Below the pieces are notes generated by a model. It searched no databases and was not told the DNA's origin. It worked only from the letters and a program-made list of their open reading frames with translations. This document shows, piece after piece, positions 7,976 to 17,759 of a stretch of DNA of 64,000 nt. Position numbers and translations under genes: made by a program. Location of the stretch: the NCBI GenBank assembly GCA_965249725.1, contig CBDFMQ010000002.1, forward strand, positions 1,600,001 through 1,664,000, read 5' to 3'. Origin of the DNA: Longimicrobiales bacterium. Lineage in GTDB: Bacteria > Gemmatimonadota > Gemmatimonadetes > Longimicrobiales > Gaopeijiaceae. Numbering within the stretch: position 1 is the stretch's first letter; the number at the start of each line of letters is the position of its first letter.

Positions 7976-9274
7976 TCAGGACGCCTTTCGAAAGCGCATC
8001 CCGGCTTCCTGGGCGACCCACCCCGCCACCTCGAGCTCGGTGAGTACGGCGAGTACGCTGCCCGAGTCGAGTCGGGTGAGGGCGGCCAGTTCCTCGACCC
8101 TCACGGGGCCATCCTCCATCGCACCCCATACCTGACGGGCGACCGGGGTCAGTTTGGTCGGCTCCGGCGCCTGCTCCGGCGCCCGCTCTGGCGCCCGCTT
8201 CGGCGCACGCCCTGGTCCGCCCGTTTTCGCCTGGTCTGTCTCCGCGCCTACCGACTCGGCACGCACACCCTGGCCGGGCAACTCGAGCTCTCGAGTGAAG
8301 TCTCGAACGGAGGAGATCAGGGAGGCTCCCTGTTGAAGCAGCGTGTTGCACCCGAGGCTCTGGACCGAGTCGATCGGGCCGGGCACGGCGTACACGTCGC
8401 GACCCAGATCCAGAGCGTGTTCCACCGTGATGAAGGCACCACTCCGTTCACCGGCCTCCACCACCACGATCGCACCGCCGAGAGCCGCGAGGATGCGATT
8501 CCTCCGCGGGAAGTGATAGGCCTGCGCGGGCTCTCCGGGAAGGAACTCGGAGAGAAGGAGACCGTCCCGGGCGATCCGCTGTCCCAACGCGCGGTGAGAG
8601 GACGGTTGGATCGTGTCGACTCCCGAGCCCAGTACGGCGATCGTGTCCCCCCCGGCCTCCAGCGCACCACGATGCGCGGCTCCGTCGATCCCGAGTGCAA
8701 GGCCGCTCACCACCGCGACTCCGCGCCTGCAGAGTTCGGCCGCCAGCGTCTCGGCGACCCTCCGTCCGTAGGGAGTCGAGCGGCGAGAGCCGACCACGGT
8801 CACCGTGGATCTGGACAGCAGACCGACATCGCCGCGCCCGAAGAGGAGCACCGGAGGATCGGCGAGTTGCAGCAGCCGGTCCGGATACGCGCGATCCCTC
8901 CACGTCAAAACCCACATCTCCGACGCCGAGCAACCCTTCAATGCACCCTCGACCCGCAAGTTCAGCTCGGGCGCCTTCAGGTCGGCGGTCGCCGTTCGGG
9001 AGCGCGCCTGGGCGTTGAACCGAGCGGAGGGTGCCGTCAAAGCGGCGACGCCCGACCCGAAGTGCTCCAAGATCCGCCACAGAGTGCGGGTTCCGACCCT
9101 GGGAAGGCACTGCAGTCGCATGATGGCCTCGACCTCACGCGCGCGCTCCGGAGACCAGTTCCCCGAGAAGCCGTCCTCCGCAGATCCGCCGGGACCCACG
9201 CCGGGACTCACGCCGGGACCCACGCCGGGACCCACGCCGGGCCCCACGCCGGGCCCGAACCTCAGGGAGTCCAC
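7976..9274 (-). CDS. dprA: DNA-processing protein DprA (start uncertain; GTG 9274 chosen)
   Basis: YPDRLLQLADPP, VVGSRRST, VSGLALGIDGAAH, FPRRNRI, SGAFIT, C-terminal winged helix. Confidence 0.92.
   Translation of the reverse strand: MDSLRFGPGVGPGVGPGVGPGVSPGVGPGGSAEDGFSGNWSPERAREVEAIMRLQCLPRVGTRTLWRILEHFGSGVAALTAPSARFNAQARSRTATADLKAPELNLRVEGALKGCSASEMWVLTWRDRAYPDRLLQLADPPVLLFGRGDVGLLSRSTVTVVGSRRSTPYGRRVAETLAAELCRRGVAVVSGLALGIDGAAHRGALEAGGDTIAVLGSGVDTIQPSSHRALGQRIARDGLLLSEFLPGEPAQAYHFPRRNRILAALGGAIVVVEAGERSGAFITVEHALDLGRDVYAVPGPIDSVQSLGCNTLLQQGASLISSVRDFTRELELPGQGVRAESVGAETDQAKTGGPGRAPKRAPERAPEQAPEPTKLTPVARQVWGAMEDGPVRVEELAALTRLDSGSVLAVLTELEVAGWVAQEAGMRFRKAS
8161..8208. repeat. Degenerate 12-bp tandem repeat x4 in the dprA linker (RAPK/RAPE/RAPE/QAPE)
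   Basis: GCTCCGGCGCCT, GCTCCGGCGCCC, GCTCTGGCGCCC, GCTTCGGCGCAC. Confidence 0.75.
9187..9258. repeat. 12-bp tandem repeat CGCCGGGACCCA-type x6 at the obgE/dprA junction (GPGV)
   Basis: Six consecutive units with 0-2 substitutions, starting 3 nt past the obgE stop. Confidence 0.92.
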
Positions 9275-10287
9275 CAGTCCTCTTCCTCCGGCCCCTCGAC
9301 CTCCTTGATCGCCTCCCGGGTCCGCTCCCAAAGGCCTTCCATCAGATCTGTGAGTCCCGTGTGGGCCACGGAAGAGATCGTGAAGGTCGCCCACGCATCC
9401 GGCGCATCGATCTCGGGAGGCGGCTCGTCCGGGCCAAGGAGGTCCGTCTTGGTGAGCACCACGCAGTGCGGTCGCTCACCCAGCTCTTCGGAGTACGCCG
9501 TAAGCTCGGCCCGCAACTCGGCATACTCGGCCTGAGGGTCGGGGGAGTCCACCGGGATGAGGAGCGCCAGAGTTCGCGTCCGCTCGATGTGGCGCAGAAA
9601 CTGAAGGCCCAGGCCCTTCCCCTCGTGGGCTCCCTCGATGATCCCGGGGATATCAGCGATAGCGAACGTCCGGAAATCAGAGAGCTCGATGACTCCGAGG
9701 TTGGGCTCGAGCGTCGTGAACGGGTAGTCCGCCACCTTCGGTCGAGCCTTGGACGAAGTCGCCAGCAGTGTCGACTTTCCGGCGTTGGGCTCACCGACGA
9801 GGCCCACGTCGGCGATCAGCTTGAGTTCGAGCTCGACCCGGCGCTCCTCTCCTTGCTCGCCCGGCTCCCATCGCACGGGAGTCTGGTTGGTCGGCGAAAC
9901 GAAGTGGACGTTGCCCCTCCCCCCCCGCCCCCCGCGAGCGACGACGAGCCGTTCCCCGGCTTCGAGCAGCTCTCCCAGCACTTCTTCCGTATCGGCATCC
10001 TTCAACACCGTGCCCGGCGGCACTCGGATGACGAGGTCCTCGCCACTCCTGCCGGTCTTGTTCTTCCCCTGGCCGTGGAGGCCCCGTTCGGCCCGGTGAT
10101 GCTGCCGATAGCGAAGGTCGAGCAGAGTCGAGAGTTGAGGATCGGCCACCATTACAACGTCCCCACCCGCTCCGCCGTCCCCTCCGGCGGGGCCGCCTCT
10201 GGGTACGCCCTTCTCGCGGCGGTAGGCCTCCGATCCGGCGCCCCCAGGCCCTCCGTACACATTGATCACAGTGCGGTCGACGAACAT
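9262..10287 (-). CDS. obgE: GTPase ObgE/CgtA
   Basis: MFVDRTVI..GGPAGGDGG, ADVGLVGEPNAGKSTLL, YPFTT, DIPG, TKTD. Confidence 0.97.
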   Translation of the reverse strand: MFVDRTVINVYGGPGGAGSEAYRREKGVPRGGPAGGDGGAGGDVVMVADPQLSTLLDLRYRQHHRAERGLHGQGKNKTGRSGEDLVIRVPPGTVLKDADTEEVLGELLEAGERLVVARGGRGGRGNVHFVSPTNQTPVRWEPGEQGEERRVELELKLIADVGLVGEPNAGKSTLLATSSKARPKVADYPFTTLEPNLGVIELSDFRTFAIADIPGIIEGAHEGKGLGLQFLRHIERTRTLALLIPVDSPDPQAEYAELRAELTAYSEELGERPHCVVLTKTDLLGPDEPPPEIDAPDAWATFTISSVAHTGLTDLMEGLWERTREAIKEVEGPEEEDWWTP

Positions 10288-10889
10288 CAGGCCAAGTGCC
10301 TTTCCTGGACCTTCTCCCACACCTTCATGGATCCACGACGTCCGTCCCGGTCCAGGTATGGATCGGCCTGCGTCAGCGCTTCTTCGACATCGGCGGCGGC
10401 GACCCCCACGTTGAGCGCTCCCCGGAGGTGGGAGTAGAGCTGCTTCGGAGCCCCCACCACGGCCAAGGCAGTGACGATGCAAAGCTCTCGGGTCGTCAGG
10501 GGCAGGCCGGGCCTTCCGAGGACCTTGCCGTACCCCTCGACCACCATCCACTGCTCGAGATCGGGGTGCAGGGCCCGGATCGTCTCGCGAAGCTTGCCGT
10601 AGTGCCCCGCATAAACCGAACCGCAGACCTCATGGCCCCGGTCCGCCCAGGCGCCGCAGTCCAACTCCTGCGGTTCGTCCGGTTCGGCGCCGGAGAACCT
10701 GCGCCACGCCGCCATTCCGTTCAGAGACGCCGGAAAGCCAAGGAAGAGGTAGGCCTGCAAGAGTACTTCCTCCACCTCGCCGTCTGTCGCGGTCCCACGG
10801 GCCTCCTCGAAGGCCTTCGTGAGGGCCGTCTTGTCTCTGGACGCGAGGGCAGCGCTTACGCGAACCAGGGCCCGCTCACCATCTGTCAT
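10287..10889 (-). CDS. Carboxymuconolactone decarboxylase/AhpD-like family protein
   Basis: EEVLLQAYLFLGFP, YGKVLGRPGL..TRELCIVTAL..QLYSHLRGALNVG. Confidence 0.8.
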   Translation of the reverse strand: MTDGERALVRVSAALASRDKTALTKAFEEARGTATDGEVEEVLLQAYLFLGFPASLNGMAAWRRFSGAEPDEPQELDCGAWADRGHEVCGSVYAGHYGKLRETIRALHPDLEQWMVVEGYGKVLGRPGLPLTTRELCIVTALAVVGAPKQLYSHLRGALNVGVAAADVEEALTQADPYLDRDGRRGSMKVWEKVQERHLA

Positions 10890-10896
10890 CCTTGCG

Positions 10897-11883
10897 TCAT
10901 CCGTGATGCTCCAACTCGAACTCCGGCCTGATGTCCCCCACTTCCACCCCACGGGTGCTGATCGTGGGTGGGGCGCGGAATCGGTCCAGGGCTTCGCTGT
11001 CGATGCCTTCCAGAGCGCCCAACTGGTCGAGAATGTGAAGGACGGCCACGGAACTGGCCCTCGTGCCCCCATCCTCCACCTTTACGGCCAGTCCCAACGA
11101 CCCATCCGTGGCGCCCACGGCGAAGACTCCCTCCGCCCCTGTCTTGCCGAACAACCGGTCGCGCGCGGCCTCACCCAGCGCGGTCCCGAAGCGGCCGGTC
11201 CCGGCGACCATGAACGGGTGAGCCGTCATGGCGTCCACGACGTCCTTCGGCGGCCCCTTCGCAGCACCCAACCTGGCGAAGCCTGATGCGAGCTGTGAGG
11301 CCGGCGTGGAGAAACACACCACCCCACAGCCGTCTTGTGCGAGTCCGATTTGCTCCTCGGGAACGCCTGTCCAGCGAACGACCTCAGCGAGCATCCGCTT
11401 CTGCACCGGATGATCCGGGCCTATGTACCCCTGCGTAGGCCACCCATGTGCCTTCGCCAGCGCCAGCATCCCTGCGTGCTTTCCCGAGCAGTTGTTGTGG
11501 ATCGGCTTCGGCAGCTCACCAGCGCGCAGAAGGTCGTACGCCGACTTCTCGTGAAACGGAAGATGTGGGCCACACTCCAGATCCTCTTCCGTGAGCGACG
11601 CCTTCTCCAGAATCGAGCGAGCCCCGCTGATATGCTCGGGCTCACTGCTGTGTGAAGCACAGCAGAGCGCCAACTCCTCGGTGGTCAAGCCGAAGCGCTC
11701 GACGATGCCGTCCTCGACCAGGGGCACAGCCTGAAAGGGCTTTGCGGCAGATCGATAGAAAACGGAATAATCGGGATCTCCGACACTGGCCGTCAGGCGC
11801 CCTGATCCGTCCACGACGGCGGCGTGTACACGGTGGACCGACTCGACGAGTCCGCCGCGGCGAACGACCACGAGAGGCCTCAT
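10897..11883 (-). CDS. L-asparaginase II (class 3, Rhizobium AnsA type)
   Basis: RGGLVESVH, RSAAKPFQ, CASH, HNNCSGKH, DGCG, KTGAEG. Confidence 0.9.
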   Translation of the reverse strand: MRPLVVVRRGGLVESVHRVHAAVVDGSGRLTASVGDPDYSVFYRSAAKPFQAVPLVEDGIVERFGLTTEELALCCASHSSEPEHISGARSILEKASLTEEDLECGPHLPFHEKSAYDLLRAGELPKPIHNNCSGKHAGMLALAKAHGWPTQGYIGPDHPVQKRMLAEVVRWTGVPEEQIGLAQDGCGVVCFSTPASQLASGFARLGAAKGPPKDVVDAMTAHPFMVAGTGRFGTALGEAARDRLFGKTGAEGVFAVGATDGSLGLAVKVEDGGTRASSVAVLHILDQLGALEGIDSEALDRFRAPPTISTRGVEVGDIRPEFELEHHG

Positions 11884-12073
11884 CGGCGGTTCGACTCGCG
11901 ACTGCACCGAACATGGAAAACGAGCATGAACTCTACCGGATAGTAAGGGACGTGCGCAGGTCTCGATGGGTCGGAGGCGTCAGACCGGCGAACAGAGTTC
12001 GCCGCGGCGGGCGAACCGCACCAGGCACTGTAGGGCGACCCGCACCCGCCACTAGTGGTCCGTCACCGGTGGA

Positions 12074-13756
12074 TCAATTCGAACCGGGTGCCAGGGACGT
12101 ACCTGCTCCGGAGGCGGCCTGCCCATCGGGGCCCCCGACCGCACCGGCGGATCGGAAGAGCGCCTGTGGCGACTCGGAAGTGTGGAGCAGCTCGATGGCC
12201 TTGCTGAGTTGGGCGTCACGCGTCCGGATCTGGCGGAAAGCGTCTTCCTCGTCCCAAGCTTGTGCGGCGATCTCCCTCTCGAGCTGATACGTCACGAAGC
12301 GAGTCGCCGCCGTGTAGTCGGCTCGATCCAACTCCACCGCGTGCTCATCCACGAGATACCGATAGAACCGGTCGAGATCGGCGGCGGACGTAGTGAAGCC
12401 GATCTGCAGGTTCGGGTGCTCCTGTACATAGCTCACGGAAAAGTTGAAGAGCGCCGTGGCGAAGACGCCGGCGGAGCGGAAGACACGTTGGACCGCCTCT
12501 TGCTCGGTGAGGTTCAACGTGTCGGGCAGCACAGTCAGATCGGGTGTGATGCCTCCCCCCGCAAGAAGCCGTCTCCCACCCATGGACTCGACCGCCGGCC
12601 TGTCCTCGGGATCGTCCCTGAGGACGCGCTGGCCGCTCAGCGCCAGCGTGGACGTCTCCGGGGTGCGTGAAGCCACCTGATCCTCTCGCGTCATGTGGAT
12701 GGACCGTCCGACCGGTGTATACCACCGTGCCGTGGTCAGGCGGAGGATGTTACCCCCGCTCAGCCGGTACAGCGTCTGCACCGACCCTTTGCCGTAGCTG
12801 CGCCCGCCAATGACGAGCGCCCGGTCGTGATCCTGCAACGCACCCGCCACGATCTCAGATGAACTCGCGCTGTTCTGGTTCAGCAATACGACCACCGGAA
12901 GGTCCGGGAGCAGATCGGGTCTCGACGCGGCGTATTGCTGGTTCTGGCCGGAAGCCCGGCCCCGGGTCTCCATGATGGCGGACGAGCTGGGGAGGAACAT
13001 GTCCGCGATGGCGACGCCCTCGTCCAGCAACCCGCCGGGGTTGTTTCTCAGGTCGAGGACGAGCGAAGTCATGCCCTGGGACTGGAGGCTCGCGATGGCC
13101 TCCCGCATCTCGCGACCCGAGGTCTCACTGAACACCTGAAGGGGGATGTAGCCTACCCCGTCTTCCACCATGAGCGAGAACGGCACCGACCGCAGCTCGA
13201 TGACGTCCCGGGTCAACTTGAACGGAATCGCCTCGTCGACACCGGGGCGGCGGATCATCATCTCCACCTCGGTCCCGGGGCTCCCCCGGAGCCGGTCGGC
13301 GGCCATGTCCGTCTCCCAATCCTCCGCGGATGCACCCTCGACCTCGATGATCTGATCGCCCGCGCGAATGCCGGCCCGAATTGCAGGCCCGCCGGGCAAC
13401 GCGTTGATGACGGTTACCCAATCTTCCCTCTTCAGAATCTCGAGACCGACGCCCCCGTATTCGGCGTCTGCTCCACTGCGGAACCGGAAGCTCTCCCAGG
13501 TCGCAGCGTCGATGAACGAGGTGTGGGGGTCTCCGAGATCCTCCAGCACACCCTCGATGGCCGATTCCACCAGGCCGGACCGATCCACCGGGTCGACAAA
13601 CTGCTCCGAGACGTGCTCGATCACTTCCTGGAACAGCCTGGCCTGCACGTAGACGTTGGTCTCTTGCTCAACGCCGCGCTGCAGGAACCACCCACCGGTG
13701 ACCAGGGCGACGGCCAACACCACCACCGGTCCAAGAATCGATCTGGAATCTCTCAT
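12074..13756 (-). CDS. ctpA: S41 family carboxy-terminal processing protease
   Basis: N-terminal TM, DPHT, PDZ domain, DLRNNPGG, SASSSEIVAGALQD, GKGSVQ. Confidence 0.92.
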   Translation of the reverse strand: MRDSRSILGPVVVLAVALVTGGWFLQRGVEQETNVYVQARLFQEVIEHVSEQFVDPVDRSGLVESAIEGVLEDLGDPHTSFIDAATWESFRFRSGADAEYGGVGLEILKREDWVTVINALPGGPAIRAGIRAGDQIIEVEGASAEDWETDMAADRLRGSPGTEVEMMIRRPGVDEAIPFKLTRDVIELRSVPFSLMVEDGVGYIPLQVFSETSGREMREAIASLQSQGMTSLVLDLRNNPGGLLDEGVAIADMFLPSSSAIMETRGRASGQNQQYAASRPDLLPDLPVVVLLNQNSASSSEIVAGALQDHDRALVIGGRSYGKGSVQTLYRLSGGNILRLTTARWYTPVGRSIHMTREDQVASRTPETSTLALSGQRVLRDDPEDRPAVESMGGRRLLAGGGITPDLTVLPDTLNLTEQEAVQRVFRSAGVFATALFNFSVSYVQEHPNLQIGFTTSAADLDRFYRYLVDEHAVELDRADYTAATRFVTYQLEREIAAQAWDEEDAFRQIRTRDAQLSKAIELLHTSESPQALFRSAGAVGGPDGQAASGAGTSLAPGSN

Positions 13757-13800
13757 CTCTGCTCCGCCCCCCGAGACCTCGTGCTCATCTTCCAAGAAAA

Positions 13801-14499
13801 CTACTCCTCGAGCCGAGCGAAAGTTGCCGGCATCTCCCTGCGCAGCGTCTCCTTGACGCTCGCATGCACGTCATCGGCCGTACCGCTGGCATCGATCAGA
13901 CAGGCTCGTTCTTCACTCTCTGCCAATGATCTGTAGCCCCTCCTGACCGCCTCGTGGAAGTCGCTCCCACCTGATTCGAGTCGGTCGTCCTGCTTGCCGG
14001 CCGCCTTCTGTCTGGCCCTGCCGACCTCGACGGGAACGTCGAAGACGAGGTAGAGATCGGGAGCCAGGCCGTCGGTCGCGAATCGGTCCAACCGGCGAAC
14101 CTCGTCCAGGTCCAGCCCACGTCCATAGCCCTGATACGCAAAGGTCGACAGCGAAAAGCGATCTGCAATGAAGAGTTCACCACGTTCCAGAACCGGGCGG
14201 ACGATCTCGCGCACGAAAGCGGCTCGAGCCGCCAGGTAGAGCAGCAGTTCCGTCTCCGGAGGCACGCTCAGCTCGGGACGATCCTGGACCACATTTCGGA
14301 TGGCCTCACCCACCTCGGTACCGCCGGGTTCACGCGCGAGCTCGAAGCTCACCCCACACGACTGCAGCCACTCGGCCAACAGGCGTGCCTGGGTGGTCTT
14401 CCCGGCCCCCTCGACGCCCTCCAGTACCAGAAAGGGGCCGCGCTCCGGACTACTCGTAGTACTCGCGCCCCAGGTGCGTGATCTGCTCCTCACCGGCAA
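13801..14499 (-). CDS. tmk: Thymidylate kinase (start uncertain)
   Basis: LEGVEGAGKTTQ, REPGGT, DRFSLSTFAYQGYGRG. Confidence 0.95.
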   Translation of the reverse strand: MPVRSRSRTWGASTTSSPERGPFLVLEGVEGAGKTTQARLLAEWLQSCGVSFELAREPGGTEVGEAIRNVVQDRPELSVPPETELLLYLAARAAFVREIVRPVLERGELFIADRFSLSTFAYQGYGRGLDLDEVRRLDRFATDGLAPDLYLVFDVPVEVGRARQKAAGKQDDRLESGGSDFHEAVRRGYRSLAESEERACLIDASGTADDVHASVKETLRREMPATFARLEE

Positions 14500-15760
14500 G
14501 CCAGCGCAGCGTGTTCTTCAGCTTCCAGTGCTGGATGAACAGGTCGTGCTCCGGATACAGGCCCGGAGCGCACTGCGGGCTCTTGAAGTAGAAGGAGAGC
14601 CACTCCTGAATGCCGCCCATCCCGGCCCGGCCGGCCAGGTCCATGAACAAGGCCAGGTCCAGGACGATCGGCGCCGCAAGAATGGAGTCCTTGCAGAGGA
14701 AGTCGACCTTGATCTGCATCGGGTAACCGAGCCATCCGAAGATGTCGATGTTGTCCCAACCCTCTTTATCGTCCCCGCGCGGCGGATAGTAGTTGATCCG
14801 GACTTTGTGGTAGATGTCGCCGTACAGGTCAGGATAGAGGTCCGGCTGCAGAATGTGGTCGATAACGCCCAGCTTCGACTCTTCCTTCGTCTTGAAGCTG
14901 GCCGGATCGTCCAACACGGCCCCGTCCCGATTTCCCAGGATGTTCGTGCTGAACCACCCCTTGATGCCCAACATGCGCGCCTTGAAGCCCGGTGCCAGAA
15001 TGGTCTTCATCAGGGTCTGGCCCGTCTTGAAGTCCTTTCCACCGATCGGAATGGCGTTCTTCTTCGAGTAGTCCTCGAAGGCCGGGAAGTCCGCCGACAG
15101 ATTGGGCGCCCCGTTCGCGTAAGGGACTCCCTCCATGAGGGCCGCGTATGCGTAGAGCATGCTCGGAGCGATGGACTGGTCATTCTCCTCCATCGCCTTC
15201 TCGAACGACTCCATCGTCTCGTGGGTCGGTCCGGGACGGAGGAAGATCTCGGTCGACCCGCACCAGACCATCACGATCCGGTCGCAGTCGTTGTCGGCCT
15301 TGAAGTTGCGGATGTCCTCACGGATCTGCTCCGCGATCTCCCGCTTGTTGGCACCGGTCTTCTTGTTGGGCCCGTCGAGGCGCGTGACGTACTCCTTGTC
15401 GAACGCCGCCGGCATCGGCTTGATGGCCTCGAGCTCGTCCTTGATCGGATCGAGGTGTTCCATGCTCAGCACCCCGGCGTTCACTGCGCTCTCGTAGGCG
15501 TTGTCCGGGATGGGGTCCCAGCCGCCGAAGACGATCTGGTCGAGCTCCGCCAACCCGATGAAGTCCTTGATGAGCGGGGTGCGATTGTCGGTGCGCTGTC
15601 CCAACCGGATGGCGTTCATCTGGGTGAGGCTCCCGATGGGCTTGGCCAGACCCTTCCTGGCCAAGAAGACACCGGCAATGGTCGTGGTGGCCACGGCTCC
15701 CATGCCTGGAAGCAGGACGCCAAGGCGCCCATCAGCGGACCGAATCTCAGGACGTTCCAT
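14450..15760 (-). CDS. ino1: myo-inositol-1(3)-phosphate synthase
   Basis: GMGAVATT, GGWD, CGSTE, YANGAP, GKDFKTGQT, NILGNRDG, DSILAAP. Confidence 0.95.
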   Translation of the reverse strand: MERPEIRSADGRLGVLLPGMGAVATTTIAGVFLARKGLAKPIGSLTQMNAIRLGQRTDNRTPLIKDFIGLAELDQIVFGGWDPIPDNAYESAVNAGVLSMEHLDPIKDELEAIKPMPAAFDKEYVTRLDGPNKKTGANKREIAEQIREDIRNFKADNDCDRIVMVWCGSTEIFLRPGPTHETMESFEKAMEENDQSIAPSMLYAYAALMEGVPYANGAPNLSADFPAFEDYSKKNAIPIGGKDFKTGQTLMKTILAPGFKARMLGIKGWFSTNILGNRDGAVLDDPASFKTKEESKLGVIDHILQPDLYPDLYGDIYHKVRINYYPPRGDDKEGWDNIDIFGWLGYPMQIKVDFLCKDSILAAPIVLDLALFMDLAGRAGMGGIQEWLSFYFKSPQCAPGLYPEHDLFIQHWKLKNTLRWLAGEEQITHLGREYYE

Positions 15761-16427
15761 CACTTTTATCTCCGTCGTTCGCGGCTGGAGCTCGCGACCC
15801 GTCCAAGGGCACACCCGCCGCCTGCTTGTAGACCCAAAGAATCCTACGAACCGCCGTGTAGTTGGTGAGCACGGCGAAAATCACGATGACCCCGCTGATG
15901 ACTAATCCATCCCAACTGAGGCCAAAGATAAGCGATCCCAACCCCAACAGGACCACCCGCTCGGCTCTTTGCATCAAGCCGATGGAGCAGTCCAGGCCCA
16001 AGGTCTCCGCCTTGGCCCTCGTATAACTGATCATGAGAGACCCCGCCATGGCCAGCGCGATCAAGTAGATCATGCCGATGTTCAGCAAGGACATCTCGTA
16101 TTGGTTGTAGAGCGAGATGAGCCCAATGTAGATAGCCACCTCACTGATCCGGTCCAGCACCGAGTCGTAGAACGCCCCGAACTTGGACTGAAGCCCCGAC
16201 TCACGGGCCACACGACCGTCGAAGATGTCGTGCGCTCCCCCGAGGAGAACGAAGAATCCCGCGGTACGCACGTGGTCGGTCCCGTAAAGGAACCCGGCGA
16301 ACACCGTCACCGCGAACCCGCTGGTCGTGATGGCGTTCGGATGCACACGCATCCTCACCAGCCACTGGGTCAGCGGATCGATGATCGGGTAGACCCGATC
16401 GCGGAGGTCGTCGAGGTTCTTGCTCAT
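15747..16427 (-). CDS. CDP-alcohol phosphatidyltransferase (PIP-synthase-like)
   Basis: HPNAIT, signature DIFDGRVAR..FGAFYDSVLDR, SYTRAKAE, RAER; overlaps the ino1 start. Confidence 0.9.
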   Translation of the reverse strand: MSKNLDDLRDRVYPIIDPLTQWLVRMRVHPNAITTSGFAVTVFAGFLYGTDHVRTAGFFVLLGGAHDIFDGRVARESGLQSKFGAFYDSVLDRISEVAIYIGLISLYNQYEMSLLNIGMIYLIALAMAGSLMISYTRAKAETLGLDCSIGLMQRAERVVLLGLGSLIFGLSWDGLVISGVIVIFAVLTNYTAVRRILWVYKQAAGVPLDGSRAPAANDGDKSDGTS

Positions 16428-16442
16428 GGGGTTTGGCAGACG

Positions 16443-16799
16443 CTACGGCATGATGATCCGGCTCTCGGCACCCTCCGCGATCCCTTCCTGAATCGTGTGG
16501 TTCACCCTGAGAAGGACCTTGTCGAAGTTCGCCTGGGCCGACACGAGCCGCTGATACGTGGAGCTCGACTGCAGCCGACGGACGGCATCTTCGTAGGTCG
16601 ACTTGAGCTCGTCGTCGGGCTCGCCACCAGCCTGGAGCGCCGCTTCGATCTTCTGCTCGAGGCCTTCGAGCTCCGTGCGCAAATCACCCATCTCCCCATC
16701 GTCCTCGGTCGACGAGACAGCAACCTTGAGAATCTGGTATTCGTCCGTCTGAGCAAGGGCTTTGCCCAGGTCCTTGGCCATCTCCATCATTCGCGACAT
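16443..16799 (-). CDS. YlbF/YmcA (RicA/RicF-like) family protein
   Basis: 118-aa helical protein; AKDLGKALAQTDEYQ start and AQANFDKVLLRVNHTI end match the family pattern. Confidence 0.7.
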   Translation of the reverse strand: MSRMMEMAKDLGKALAQTDEYQILKVAVSSTEDDGEMGDLRTELEGLEQKIEAALQAGGEPDDELKSTYEDAVRRLQSSSTYQRLVSAQANFDKVLLRVNHTIQEGIAEGAESRIIMP

Positions 16800-16850
16800 G
16801 TATTTCCCGCCTTTGTGGTCCGGACCCGCAGTCCGGAACGGGTGGATGTT

Positions 16851-17759
16851 CTATTCTCGCGTCCGCTCCGCCATCACGATGCGTGGGCGTCCGCTCAGAT
16901 CCCGTCGTACCCGGGGGGGGCCGAACGCCCCCGTCTCCTCAATCAACTCGACCACGCGGGACTCCTGTCCCGTGCCGACCTCGAGGGCCAGAAGCCCCTC
17001 CGGCCGCACCCACGACGCGACGCCGGCAATCAGTGGCCGGATCACATCCAGCCCGTCCTCCCCGGCAAACAGCGCGCCCGAGGGCTCCCACTCACTGACT
17101 TCGGGCTCCAGATCAGGCCTCTGCCCCTCTTCCACATAGGGAGGGTTCGAAACGACGACGTCGAATCTCTCCTCCCCTTCCAGAGCGTCGAACAACTGGC
17201 CCGTACGAAAGTCGACCTTATCGGCGACGTCGTGCCTTCGTGCGTTTTCTTCGGCGACCTCGAGCGCTTCCGACGAGACGTCGGTCGCTATGATCCGCTC
17301 ACAGGTCCCCTCGACCGCGAGCGAAAGGGCGACCGCGCCACTGCCCGTCCCGAGATCACACACACACCCTAGGCCCTCGGGCCTTCCGGCGGCCCAGCCG
17401 AGAACCTCTTCGACCAACACCTCGGTCTCCGGACGCGGCACCAACACTCTCGGGTCGGTCATCAAGTCCAATTCCCGGAAAGCCGTCCGGCCGAGAATGT
17501 ACTGTAGCGGCTCCCTGCTGGCCCTGCGCCGCAACAAGGGCTTGAACGCTCCCCGTTCTTCAGGACTCAGCGGCCGATCGTACTGCAGGTACAACTGCAG
17601 CCGCTCCAACTCGAGCGCGTCGGCCAGGAGCCACTCCGCATCCAGGCGGCTGTTCTCGACACCCTTCTCCGCCAAGTAGTCGGCACTCCAAAGAATCATG
17701 CGCAGAATCGTCCACGCCTCCTCGGAGTCGGCACTCTCTCGGACCTCGCCCGCGCTCAC
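16851..17759 (-). CDS. prmC: Release factor glutamine methyltransferase
   Basis: [29 protein letters not shown]. Confidence 0.96.
   Translation of the reverse strand: MSAGEVRESADSEEAWTILRMILWSADYLAEKGVENSRLDAEWLLADALELERLQLYLQYDRPLSPEERGAFKPLLRRRASREPLQYILGRTAFRELDLMTDPRVLVPRPETEVLVEEVLGWAAGRPEGLGCVCDLGTGSGAVALSLAVEGTCERIIATDVSSEALEVAEENARRHDVADKVDFRTGQLFDALEGEERFDVVVSNPPYVEEGQRPDLEPEVSEWEPSGALFAGEDGLDVIRPLIAGVASWVRPEGLLALEVGTGQESRVVELIEETGAFGPPRVRRDLSGRPRIVMAERTRE

Noticed and set aside
9187..9258. Tandem arrays as possible CRISPR repeats
   Set aside because: Units are 11-15 bp, head to tail, without spacers; no cas genes
7412..9535. 707-aa + strand ORF
   Set aside because: Antisense shadow of hemW/dprA/obgE; no motifs; long stop-free antisense frames are expected at high GC
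11908..12073. Small GGCGAAC/GTTCGCC hairpins between the S41 protease and asparaginase genes as an ncRNA
   Set aside because: Short GC stems, no recognisable RNA family; compatible with chance
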